Position numbers and translations under genes: made by a program. Shown here in pieces: positions 23,931 to 32,256 of a stretch of DNA of 64,000 nucleotides. The notes under the pieces were generated by a model that did no database searches, was not told the DNA's origin, and worked only from the letters and a program-made list of their open reading frames with translations. Within the stretch, counting starts at the first letter, position 1. Every line of letters starts with the position of its first letter. The DNA is taken from NCBI GenBank assembly GCA_041166745.1, contig JBEEGH010000002.1, positions 151,837 through 215,836 on the forward strand, written 5' to 3'. The stretch is from Acidimicrobiaceae bacterium (GTDB lineage Bacteria > Actinomycetota > Acidimicrobiia > Acidimicrobiales > JACDCH01).

Positions 23931-25118
23931 CCCCGGGTACCGCCACGCGGCGCGCACGCCGAGCACCCCCGCGACGAGGAGCAGCACGTTGCGGCCGAGA
24001 GCGACGGCCAGCGCGTCGCCTTCGAGGTTGAAGTACTTGAAGTACATGGCCGGATAGAAGATGCCGCTCAGCAGCACCGAGCCCGCGAGGGCGAGCGCCG
24101 CGCCGCGCAGCAGGCGGGGCGCGAAGGCCAGGCCCGCGGCCATCGGCGCGACCAGCCAGACCAAGTACTGCGGCGAGAACACGCGCCCGACCGCGGTGAG
24201 CAGAACGAGGCTGCCGGCGATCACCACGCACAGGTGGCCACCGTCACCGCGCCGCACCCGGCGCAGCGTGGTGAGCGTGAGGTCGGCGAGCACGCCGAGC
24301 GCGGCGACGTTCGACAGCACCTTCAGTCGGTCGGCGAAGGTGCCCTGCACGTCGAACGCTCCGAACGCGCCGACGACCTTGATGTCGGAACCGAACAGCG
24401 ATTGCCACACCATCGCGAACGTGCCGTAGATGCTCTCGGCGTGCACGCCGCGATGCAGGTGGTACGCGGCGATGCTGTCGTACATCTCGGGCAGATCGAA
24501 CACGAACGGCGCGACGAACACGGCGACGACCAACGACGCGGCCGCGAACGGGCGCCAGCGCCGCGGGGCCACCGCCACGAGGCCGGGCAGGATCAGCACC
24601 GGCGTGAGCTTGGCGGCGATGCCGAGACCGAGCCACACCCCGCTCGCCGACCAGCGCCCGGCGGCGGCTCGTTCCAGCGACCACGCGATCGAGGCCGCGA
24701 CCACCAGGTCGAGCCGGGTGTAAGCGACAGGGCCGAGCAGCGGGATCAGCACCAGCCATGCACCGACGCCCCACCACGAGCCGGTCCGGCGGGCCAGCCG
24801 GTAGATGGCCACGAGCCCGAGCGCATCGAAGGCGATGCAGAGGATGATGAACTCGGTGCGGTACGTGAGCACGTCGACGGCGTACGGGGCGTTGGCGACC
24901 ACGAGCGCACCCGGCGGGTATTCCACGCCGAAGTCGCGGTACGGCCAGTGGTGAAAGTCCTGCATCTGGTTGCCCCAGACGATGTAGTTGGCCACATCGC
25001 TCGTCGGGTCCACGACCGATCCGGGTTGGCCGTACACCGTCGGATGGTCAGCGACGTAGCCGGCCACCAGGCGCGTGGCGGCAAAGGCCAGCAGCACGAT
25101 CAGCCACGGACGCCGCAC
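23853..25118 (-). CDS. GT87/DUF2029-like polyprenol-phosphate-sugar-dependent membrane glycosyltransferase
   Basis: 421 aa with about 10 TM segments. The N-terminal loop is YIVWGNQMQDFHHWPYRDFGVEYPPGALVV. The family call is by resemblance only. Its 3' end overlaps the convergent PMT gene by 78 nt. Confidence 0.6.
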   Translation of the reverse strand: MRRPWLIVLLAFAATRLVAGYVADHPTVYGQPGSVVDPTSDVANYIVWGNQMQDFHHWPYRDFGVEYPPGALVVANAPYAVDVLTYRTEFIILCIAFDALGLVAIYRLARRTGSWWGVGAWLVLIPLLGPVAYTRLDLVVAASIAWSLERAAAGRWSASGVWLGLGIAAKLTPVLILPGLVAVAPRRWRPFAAASLVVAVFVAPFVFDLPEMYDSIAAYHLHRGVHAESIYGTFAMVWQSLFGSDIKVVGAFGAFDVQGTFADRLKVLSNVAALGVLADLTLTTLRRVRRGDGGHLCVVIAGSLVLLTAVGRVFSPQYLVWLVAPMAAGLAFAPRLLRGAALALAGSVLLSGIFYPAMYFKYFNLEGDALAVALGRNVLLLVAGVLGVRAAWRYPGSGLPAVEEHEGVEPPQAHVVVGPHG

Positions 25119-25158
25119 TACGGCAGCGTACGGCGACCGCCGAAACGGGACCGTTCCG

Positions 25159-25194
25159 GAGGCAATAAGGAGCGTTACCGCTCCCTATTGCCTC
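25159..25194. terminator. Hairpin starting 5 nt after the adhesin-2 stop; conserved with 18465-18507
   Basis: Sequence is gaggcaataaggagcg-ttac-cgctccctattgcctc. The distal half (taccgc.ccctattgcctcgag.at) is shared with the hairpin downstream of paralog 1. Confidence 0.55.
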
Positions 25195-25199
25195 GAGTA

Positions 25200-28100
25200 T
25201 CAGGACGGACGGCGACGCAGGGCGGCGGGTGTGAGCTGCAAGGCGATGCCGATCGCGATGAACGCGAACCCGACGGCCACCCAATGCGACACGTCGAAGC
25301 CGGTGCGAGCGAGCAGTATCAACGGCAGCACGATGTCGATGTGCGCGGTGTCGGTGGCGCTGACCTGCTTGCCCAGCGGATCCGTAGCGGTGGCCGTGCC
25401 GAGGTTGTCGGTCGGTGAATCGCCGGTGATCGTGACCGTCTTGGTCAACGTCGCCGACGCACCAACCGCGAGCGATGCGATCGTGCCGATGTCGCCGAGC
25501 TTGTCGTCGGTCACCTTCACCGCGGTCAGCACACAGTCGCCGATGTTCTTCACGACATACGTGTAGGTCACGCTCTGCCCCGGCTCGACCGACACGGGGT
25601 TCGCTGTCTTGTCGATGGTGATGGCCGGATGGATGATGTCGACAGAGTGACTGGCTTCTCCGCCGGCGTCGCGACCGCGCACGTCCGTACCCGAGACCGT
25701 CGCGGTGTTGGGCAACGGGTCGGGATCGGATGCGGTCACGACGTGCGTGCAGTTGTACGTCCACGTCTCGCCGATCGCCAGCACGGAATCGCCGTTGCCG
25801 TCGTCGACGACGTGCAGGCTGTCGCCGTCACAGATCGGGTCGGAGAGATCGACGGTCACGAGATTGGCGAGGCCGTTGTTCTCCACGTCGATCACGTAGG
25901 TGATCGTGTCGCCGAGATGGGCGAACTGCGGTCCGTCCTTGATGATGCCGATGCTGATCGGGCAGAGCACGGTGATCTCCGCGGTGGAGGTGTTGTTCCC
26001 GGACTCACCCTCCGGCTCGTTCGACGACGAGACGTTGGCGGTGTTCGAGAGCACGCCGCAGTCGGCCACGTCGGTGAGCCCGGTCACGTGAATGGTGCGG
26101 GTGCTGCTCGGCGCCAGGTTGCCGAAGTCACAGGTGAGCAGCAGGCCGGTGATGCCGCAGTCCGCGCTGTCCTCGCTCCACGTGATACCCGCTGGCAGCG
26201 TGTCGGTCAGTTGCACGTCGTTCGACGTCTGCACGGCGTCGGTGCTCACCACGATGGTGAACGCCGCCGTGTCGCCGGCATCGATGATGTCGGTGTCGGC
26301 CGTCTTCAGCACCGACACGTCGCCACAGGTCACGTGCACCAGCACTTCGGCGCTGTCGTTGTTCGCCTGGGCCGACTGCCGCTCGTTCGTCGCGGTGATC
26401 GTCGCCTGGTTCACGATGTCGTCGCCGCAGTTCTCCGTCGACGTCGCGGCGCTGACGGTGACCGACGCGGTGGCGCCCTTGTTCATGTTGCCGAAGCTGC
26501 AATCGAGGTTGACGCCGCCGGTGATGAGGCAGTCGCCGTTGTTGCTCGACCACGTGAACCCGGCGGGCAGCGTGTCCGTCACGTGTACGTCTTGCGCAAT
26601 CGCGCCGTTGTCACCACCGACGTTCGCGGTGATCGTGAACGAAGCCGTCGCGCCCGCACTGATGGGGCTCGGGCCCGCCACCTTCGTCGAGGTCACGTCG
26701 GGGTACAGGATGTCGACCGACGCGTTGTCGGTGGACTCGACCGTCCGGCCGTAGTCGTCGGTGCCGGTGGCCTTGGCCGTGTTCACGAGCGGGTCGGTGT
26801 CCTGCATCGTGACCACGTGGCTGCACGAGTAATGCCACGTCTCGCCGACCTCGAGGAACCCGTTGCTGTTCGTGTCGCTGTTCGCCTGGAACACCGGGGC
26901 GGCGGCGCAGAGGGTGGTCTGCTCGTCGAGCGCGATGTTGTGCAGGCGCGGGCCGGTGGTGATCACGTTGAAGCTGTAGTTCACCGTGTCGCCCACGTTG
27001 GCCGTCGCGCCCGCGCTCTTGTCGAGCGCGATGTTGATCGCGTTGAGGATGTTCACGTAGTTGACGTTCACGGCTTGCTCGGCCGTGCCTTCGGTGACGG
27101 TCACGTTCACGTCGCCCGCCGACGCGCTGTTGGGCGGCGCCTGCGTCTCGGCCACGCGGTAGTTGCCGAGCTGGACGGGGCCGATCGTGCAGCCACTCGT
27201 CCCTCCGGCGATCGTGCACGTGGCCGCGTTGCCGCTGGGCCACAGGTGCGCGTCCTCGCCCGGGCTCTGGCGGGTGAGGTTGTTGTTCGCGTCCTTGTAC
27301 AGCGCGAACGCGGTGCCGTCGAGGATCGCAGCATTGCTGGGCGTCACCGTCTGGCCGTTGATGCCGTGCAGCACCTTGTTGATGTGCACGAAGCCGACCT
27401 TGGCCGGGTTCTCGTACGGCGTGGCGGTGAGGTCAACGGCCTGGCGGAAGCCGACCGTCACCTTCTGCGGTGCGCTCTCGTCGAGGTTGTAACCGGGTGG
27501 AGCCAAGGTCTCGGCGACCCAGTAGTCGGCCGGCGTCACGCTCGAGAACGTGCAAATGCCGAGGGCGTTGCTCGTGCAGGTGTAGATCGGGGCGCCGGTG
27601 GCATTGGCGTTGTCGAACAAACCGAACTGCGCGCCCGGGAGGGCGTGGCCGGCATCGTCGTTCTTCTTCAACTTCACCGAGCCGCACGTCGAGACGTCCA
27701 CGGTCGTCTGCGGCAGACGATCTTGCAGCGCGGCGTTGAACGATTCGCCGGACGAACGGCTGCGGATGTTCACATGGCCGAAGCCGGGGCAGGCGAGCAG
27801 CCCGCCGCCGATGGCGGTGTCGAACGCGACGAGGTCGACGGTGGCCTCACCGAACTCGCGCGAGCCGATGTTGCCGGTGGCGATGGTGTCGACGATCGTG
27901 CCGCTGTTGGTGTCGCCGGCCAACGAGCCGGCGGGAAGCAGCGACGTCGGAGACCAGTTCGACCCGTCCCACGAGAAGGTCGACAGGTCGGCGGTGCCAC
28001 CGCCGCCCGGGAAGTCGAACGTGATGAGGATGTCGTTGGGGCTGCGCCCCTCGAACGGACACTGATTGGTGATGTTGTTGCGGTTGAACTCGAAGTTGAT

Positions 28101-28526
28101 GTGCGCGTCACCGTTGCCGGCGGCGCGCACGAATGCGAGGTCGAGGAACGCGGTCGTCGGGTTGAGGTTGAGCGGGCCGGTGATGCGCGTGTTCACGTAG
28201 GCGCGCAGGATGTTGTTCTTGCCGGGGCTCGCCCCGCCGGTGTTGCAGGCGAAGTTCTCGGGCTCGTTCTCTTTCGACGAGCCCTGGTAGCCGCTGTCGA
28301 TGGAGTCGTCGGTCGCGGTGACGAGCGTGCCGGTGGCGTTGCTCCAGTCCATCGTCCCGGTGACCGCGGCCTGCTCGATCATGTTGCCGTCGTCCTCGAA
28401 GCCGCCGACGCTGCCGCTGCTGAGCGGCTGCCCGGTTGCTTGAAGTACGCCGATTGTGGCCAAAAGCACTGCAGTCATCGCCGCGACGCCGACCAGCCGC
28501 CGCGCACGCATCGTGCGCTTCTTCAT
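25200..28526 (-). CDS. Large LAXTG-anchored surface adhesin, paralog 2 (longer, with more DUF11-type repeats)
   Basis: I chose the internal ATG at 28526 (MKKRTMRARRLVGVAAMTAVLLATIGVLQATGQP). The N-terminal roughly 300 aa are collinear with paralog 1 (GSVGGFEDDGNM.E.AVTGTMDW.NATG...ILRAYVNTRITGP...FEFNRNNITN.CPF). LARTG is encoded at 25299-25313, followed by FDVSHWVAVGFAFIAIGIALQL and RRRPS. Confidence 0.85.
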   Translation of the reverse strand: MKKRTMRARRLVGVAAMTAVLLATIGVLQATGQPLSSGSVGGFEDDGNMIEQAAVTGTMDWSNATGTLVTATDDSIDSGYQGSSKENEPENFACNTGGASPGKNNILRAYVNTRITGPLNLNPTTAFLDLAFVRAAGNGDAHINFEFNRNNITNQCPFEGRSPNDILITFDFPGGGGTADLSTFSWDGSNWSPTSLLPAGSLAGDTNSGTIVDTIATGNIGSREFGEATVDLVAFDTAIGGGLLACPGFGHVNIRSRSSGESFNAALQDRLPQTTVDVSTCGSVKLKKNDDAGHALPGAQFGLFDNANATGAPIYTCTSNALGICTFSSVTPADYWVAETLAPPGYNLDESAPQKVTVGFRQAVDLTATPYENPAKVGFVHINKVLHGINGQTVTPSNAAILDGTAFALYKDANNNLTRQSPGEDAHLWPSGNAATCTIAGGTSGCTIGPVQLGNYRVAETQAPPNSASAGDVNVTVTEGTAEQAVNVNYVNILNAINIALDKSAGATANVGDTVNYSFNVITTGPRLHNIALDEQTTLCAAAPVFQANSDTNSNGFLEVGETWHYSCSHVVTMQDTDPLVNTAKATGTDDYGRTVESTDNASVDILYPDVTSTKVAGPSPISAGATASFTITANVGGDNGAIAQDVHVTDTLPAGFTWSSNNGDCLITGGVNLDCSFGNMNKGATASVTVSAATSTENCGDDIVNQATITATNERQSAQANNDSAEVLVHVTCGDVSVLKTADTDIIDAGDTAAFTIVVSTDAVQTSNDVQLTDTLPAGITWSEDSADCGITGLLLTCDFGNLAPSSTRTIHVTGLTDVADCGVLSNTANVSSSNEPEGESGNNTSTAEITVLCPISIGIIKDGPQFAHLGDTITYVIDVENNGLANLVTVDLSDPICDGDSLHVVDDGNGDSVLAIGETWTYNCTHVVTASDPDPLPNTATVSGTDVRGRDAGGEASHSVDIIHPAITIDKTANPVSVEPGQSVTYTYVVKNIGDCVLTAVKVTDDKLGDIGTIASLAVGASATLTKTVTITGDSPTDNLGTATATDPLGKQVSATDTAHIDIVLPLILLARTGFDVSHWVAVGFAFIAIGIALQLTPAALRRRPS

Positions 28527-28637
28527 CTGTTCCACCCGTCCGTTGACTGCTCTCACGCAGTGTGTTCTGGCCACTCACGTAGAGCAATCACTGACCGCCC
28601 AACTCTTCGCGGACGATTCGGACACAGAGGTCGAATC

Positions 28638-28976
28638 ATGACGTCGCTCGCCCAAACGGACGCGTCGGTTGGCGCCAAAGCACCGCGGGTACCGACGGCC
28701 CCAGTGATCGTCGCCTACCTGTTGCTCGCCGCGCCCATCGCCGCGGCCGCGCTCTGGTGGGGCAATTGGGTGTGGGTCGCGGTCGCGGCGGCGATCGCCG
28801 TCGTCGAGTACGCCACCCTTCAGCGCTCGCAACGCTTTTCGGCCCGGGTCTGGCGCAGTGTCGGCGTCGGGAAGCGCAGCCGCCGCGAGCACGGCACCGA
28901 AACGGTGTACGTCGCGACGGCCGTCGCCGGCGTTGCGCTCCTGGTCGCGGCGGTGCTCGCCAACTACGCGGTGTAG
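28638..28976 (+). CDS. Small membrane protein, hypothetical
   Basis: ATG at 28638 lies inside a long antisense ORF frame. The 112 aa contain three hydrophobic segments (VIVAYLLLAAPIAAAALWWGNWVWVAVAAAIAVV and VYVATAVAGVALLVAAVLANY). It is divergent from adhesin 2. Confidence 0.45.
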   Translation: MTSLAQTDASVGAKAPRVPTAPVIVAYLLLAAPIAAAALWWGNWVWVAVAAAIAVVEYATLQRSQRFSARVWRSVGVGKRSRREHGTETVYVATAVAGVALLVAAVLANYAV

Positions 28977-29000
28977 CGCAGCACCGATTCGCGTCGAGCG

Positions 29001-29303
29001 TTACGCGGGGACGTCGGGGTCGAGCTCGTCGGCCTTCATGCGCAGATCTTCGGCGGACGCCCGGTGGTCGTCGGCCTCGAGGCGCTGCTGCTCGGCGGCG
29101 ATGCCTTCACGCTTGGCGCGGGCGGCCCGCTCTTCGGCCTCAGCGGCTTTCCGCTGACCCTCGAGATCGGCGGCGTTCGCCATCTGGCGATGCGTGGCCG
29201 CTTGGTGCCGGCGCTCGTTGCTCTGCTTCTGCGCTCGAGCTCTCATCGCAACGACAGCGACGACGACAACAACGAGCACGACGAGGATGATCGCAATAGC
29301 CAT
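29001..29303 (-). CDS. Small N-terminally anchored coiled-coil protein, hypothetical
   Basis: 100 aa. MAIAIILVVLVVVVVAVVAM is followed by a charged helical region (QRKAAEAEERAARAKREGIAAEQQRLEADD). It lies directly downstream of the PBP gene. Confidence 0.45.
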   Translation of the reverse strand: MAIAIILVVLVVVVVAVVAMRARAQKQSNERRHQAATHRQMANAADLEGQRKAAEAEERAARAKREGIAAEQQRLEADDHRASAEDLRMKADELDPDVPA

Positions 29304-29344
29304 GCGTCGGGTTTCCCCGCATCACCGCGATCGACACCCGCAAA

Positions 29345-31684
29345 TCACGGACCCTTGGTCGTGGTCGTGGTGGTCGACGGTGCAGTGGTGGTGGTCGTCG
29401 GGTTCGGTTTCGTGGTGGTCGTCGGCGCGGGCGCAGTGGTGGGCGGCGCCGACGTCGACGTCGTCGTCGCGCCGTTGACGGTGAAGGTCGCCTCCGCCAC
29501 CGGCTGCGCGCCGGCACCGAGGTCGCAGAACGCCTGCACCTGTTGCGGGCCAGGCGCAGCGTCGGCCGGCACGGTCAACGTCGCGCTGCGTTGATCGTCT
29601 GTCGATCCCTTCTGGGGGGGCGACTGCACCGCGCCGATGGCCACGTACCAACCGGCGACGCATTGCGCGAAGCCGGTGCCCTTCGCCGTGATCGTCGCGC
29701 CCGGGTCGCCGCTCGGTGGGTCGACGGCGAGCTTCGCGTTGTTGACCGCGTCGGCCAGCAGCGCGGCGGGCGGGTCGGGGAACTTCACCACGGGCACGTC
29801 GGCGAGCGCGCCGGTCATGAACTTCTTCCAGATCTGAGCGGGGAACGTCCCGCCGGTCACGGCGATGCCGTGCACGTTGTCCATCGGCTTGCTGTTGCCT
29901 TCGGGATAACCCATCCACACCACGGCCGCGTAGTTCGGGGTGTAGCCCGCGAACCACGCGTCGCCGCTGTTCTCGGTCGTCCCCGTCTTGCCCGCCACCG
30001 GCCGGTCGAGCTTGGCCGCGGTTCCCGTCCCGCGCGCGACGACCTGCTGCAACACGAAGTCGACGAGATGGGCGGTGTCGGGCTTCATCGCCGGCGCGGT
30101 CTTCGGCTTCGCCTCGTAGATGGTGCGACCGTCGGGCGACTGCACCTTCGCGATCGCGAACGGTTCCACCCGCTGACCTTCACGGGCGAACGACAGGTAC
30201 GCGTCGGCCATCTCCAGCGGCGACACGTCACCGGTGCCGAGCGTGATCGACGGCTCGACGGGGAGGTCCGACGTGATGCCGGCGGCGTGGGCGAGCGCGA
30301 CGGCCTTGTCCGGGCCCACCTGCAACACCAGTTGCGCGTACACGGTGTTGACGGAGTGCACCGTGCCGTCGATCAGGTCGGTGGCGCCGAAGCTCTCGTT
30401 GCCGTAGTTCGACACCGTCCACGGTCCCGACGACGTCGGCAACGTGATCTGCGGTGGCGCGGGGAACATCTGCTTCACGGTGCGGCCCGCTTCCGCGTTG
30501 GCCGCGAGCACGAACGGCTTGAACGTCGATCCGGCTTGGCGTCCGCTGCCGCCGCCTTCCTTGCCGCGCGCCAGGTCGACCTTGAGCGCGGCGTAGTCGC
30601 GGCCCCCGACGTAGGCGCGAATGGCGCCGCTCTGGTCGAGGGCGACGAGGGCCGCTTGCGGGTCGTCGGGCTTGTCGAGCGTCGACGCGATCGCGTCCTC
30701 GGCCGCCTTCTGGTCGTCGAGGTCCAACGTGGTCGTGATCTGCAACCCGCCGCCGTAGACCGCGCTCTCACCGAACTGCGCGATCGCCTGCTGGCGCACG
30801 AGGTCGACGAACCACGGCGCGACCGACGCCACCACCTTGGTCTGCTCGTTGCGGTCGATGGCCCCGAGCGGCTGTTGCTTCGTCGCCGCCGCATCGTTCG
30901 CGCTCAACTTGCCGGCCGCGACCATGGCGTCGAGCACGTGGTCGCGTCGCAGCTTGGCTTCGTCCGGATGGGCCGTCGGCTCCGCGGTCTCCGGGCCGCG
31001 CAACATGCCGATCAGCAACGCCGCCTGGTTGGTGTTGAGCTGCGCGGCCGTGGTGTTGAAGTACACGTGCGCGGCCGCTTGGATGCCGTAGGCCCCGCGT
31101 CCGAAGTACACGATGTTCAAGTAGCGCTCCAAGATGTCGCGCTTGTCGTGGGTCTGCTCCAACTTGATGGAGAGCACGCCTTCCTTTGCCTTGCGCCACA
31201 GCGACCGATCGGACGTCAGGTAGCTGTTCTTCACGAGCTGCTGCGTGATCGTGCTGCCGCCTTGCAGCGATTCGCCCCGCACGTCGTGCCACAGCGCGCG
31301 GAGCGTGCCTCCCGGATCGATGCCGTGATGGTCGAAGAAGTGTCGGTCTTCGGCCGACACCAACGCGTCGGCGACCACCGGCGCCACCTGGTCGAGCTTC
31401 ACGGGCTCGCGCAGCCCGTTCTGTTCGAACACCGCGATCTGGCGACCCTTGGCGTCGAGCACCATCGACGAGCGCACGGGCGGCAGATCGTTCGGCAGCT
31501 TGACCGTGAACCACAGCGCCAGGAAGGCGATGAACCCGAGCAGCACCAGCCCGCCGAAGCCGCACACCGGCCATCTCGCCCAATGCCAGTGACGGCGGAA
31601 GCGGGCACGGAAACCGCTGGGCGCCGCCTCGCTGGTGGCAGGGTCGTGGGTCTCAGCGGCGGCGGGCTCGGTCATCGCCCGCAT
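29345..31684 (-). CDS. Class A penicillin-binding protein (GT51 transglycosylase plus transpeptidase) with an extra C-terminal domain and a Thr/Pro-rich tail
   Basis: 779 aa. GT51 motifs are SAEDRHFFDHHGIDP, GGSTITQQLVKN and RKAKEGVLSIKLEQ. Transpeptidase motifs are STFKPF, SVN and KTGTT. The tail is TTTSTSAPPTTAPAPTTTTKPNPTTTTTAPSTTTTTTKGP. Confidence 0.95.
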   Translation of the reverse strand: MRAMTEPAAAETHDPATSEAAPSGFRARFRRHWHWARWPVCGFGGLVLLGFIAFLALWFTVKLPNDLPPVRSSMVLDAKGRQIAVFEQNGLREPVKLDQVAPVVADALVSAEDRHFFDHHGIDPGGTLRALWHDVRGESLQGGSTITQQLVKNSYLTSDRSLWRKAKEGVLSIKLEQTHDKRDILERYLNIVYFGRGAYGIQAAAHVYFNTTAAQLNTNQAALLIGMLRGPETAEPTAHPDEAKLRRDHVLDAMVAAGKLSANDAAATKQQPLGAIDRNEQTKVVASVAPWFVDLVRQQAIAQFGESAVYGGGLQITTTLDLDDQKAAEDAIASTLDKPDDPQAALVALDQSGAIRAYVGGRDYAALKVDLARGKEGGGSGRQAGSTFKPFVLAANAEAGRTVKQMFPAPPQITLPTSSGPWTVSNYGNESFGATDLIDGTVHSVNTVYAQLVLQVGPDKAVALAHAAGITSDLPVEPSITLGTGDVSPLEMADAYLSFAREGQRVEPFAIAKVQSPDGRTIYEAKPKTAPAMKPDTAHLVDFVLQQVVARGTGTAAKLDRPVAGKTGTTENSGDAWFAGYTPNYAAVVWMGYPEGNSKPMDNVHGIAVTGGTFPAQIWKKFMTGALADVPVVKFPDPPAALLADAVNNAKLAVDPPSGDPGATITAKGTGFAQCVAGWYVAIGAVQSPPQKGSTDDQRSATLTVPADAAPGPQQVQAFCDLGAGAQPVAEATFTVNGATTTSTSAPPTTAPAPTTTTKPNPTTTTTAPSTTTTTTKGP

Positions 31685-31735
31685 CCCTTCCCCGGCGTCG
31701 CGCTTACGACACGCAGCGGGGTCAGACGGTCACAA

Positions 31736-32185
31736 TTACCAGTCGACGAGTTGGCGCGACCCGAGCAGCTCGTCGGTCTCGGAGATCGTGTCCTCTACGT
31801 GATGGCGCGTGAACGCCGACAAGTCCACGAAGCCCAGATCCGAGTCGCCCACGCCCGTGAGGTCCGTGCCCGACAGATCGATCACGTGCCGCTCCTCGCG
31901 CCGTTGCTCGGGCACGAGAACGAGCCGGTTCGACGTGGCGTCGTCGGCCAGGGCGAGATCCACGACCTTGGTCACGCCGGCCCGCTTGAAGATCAATCGC
32001 GTGCCGTCGCCCTGCCTGCCGGCCCCCGACAGCGGATCGACCGGCGTCAGCACGATCTGCTCGCCCACGATCTCGGTCGTCTCGCACCGGGTGAGGGCGA
32101 CGTCGTCAGGTCCGAATCGAACAACCACGGTCTGGCCTACCGCGGGGAGCGTTGCTGACATCATCGAGTCCCTTTCCATCGCCAC
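31736..32185 (-). CDS. Hypothetical protein (start uncertain)
   Basis: 149-aa ORF upstream of the PBP gene. No secure motif was recognised. See the rejected PilZ idea. Confidence 0.45.
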   Translation of the reverse strand: MAMERDSMMSATLPAVGQTVVVRFGPDDVALTRCETTEIVGEQIVLTPVDPLSGAGRQGDGTRLIFKRAGVTKVVDLALADDATSNRLVLVPEQRREERHVIDLSGTDLTGVGDSDLGFVDLSAFTRHHVEDTISETDELLGSRQLVDW

Positions 32186-32256
32186 TGGCCGCCCCAGGGC
32201 TCACTCCCCGAGAAGGTTCGCCAGCAACCGCGCCGCGACCTGCCGGCGGCGCGATG

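Noticed and set aside
31736-32185. Possible PilZ (c-di-GMP binding) domain, because of RREER followed by DLSGTD/DLTGVG.
   Set aside because: The two motif halves are only about 10 residues apart instead of the usual 20-30. The second half does not match D/NxSxxG cleanly. I left it as a hypothetical protein.
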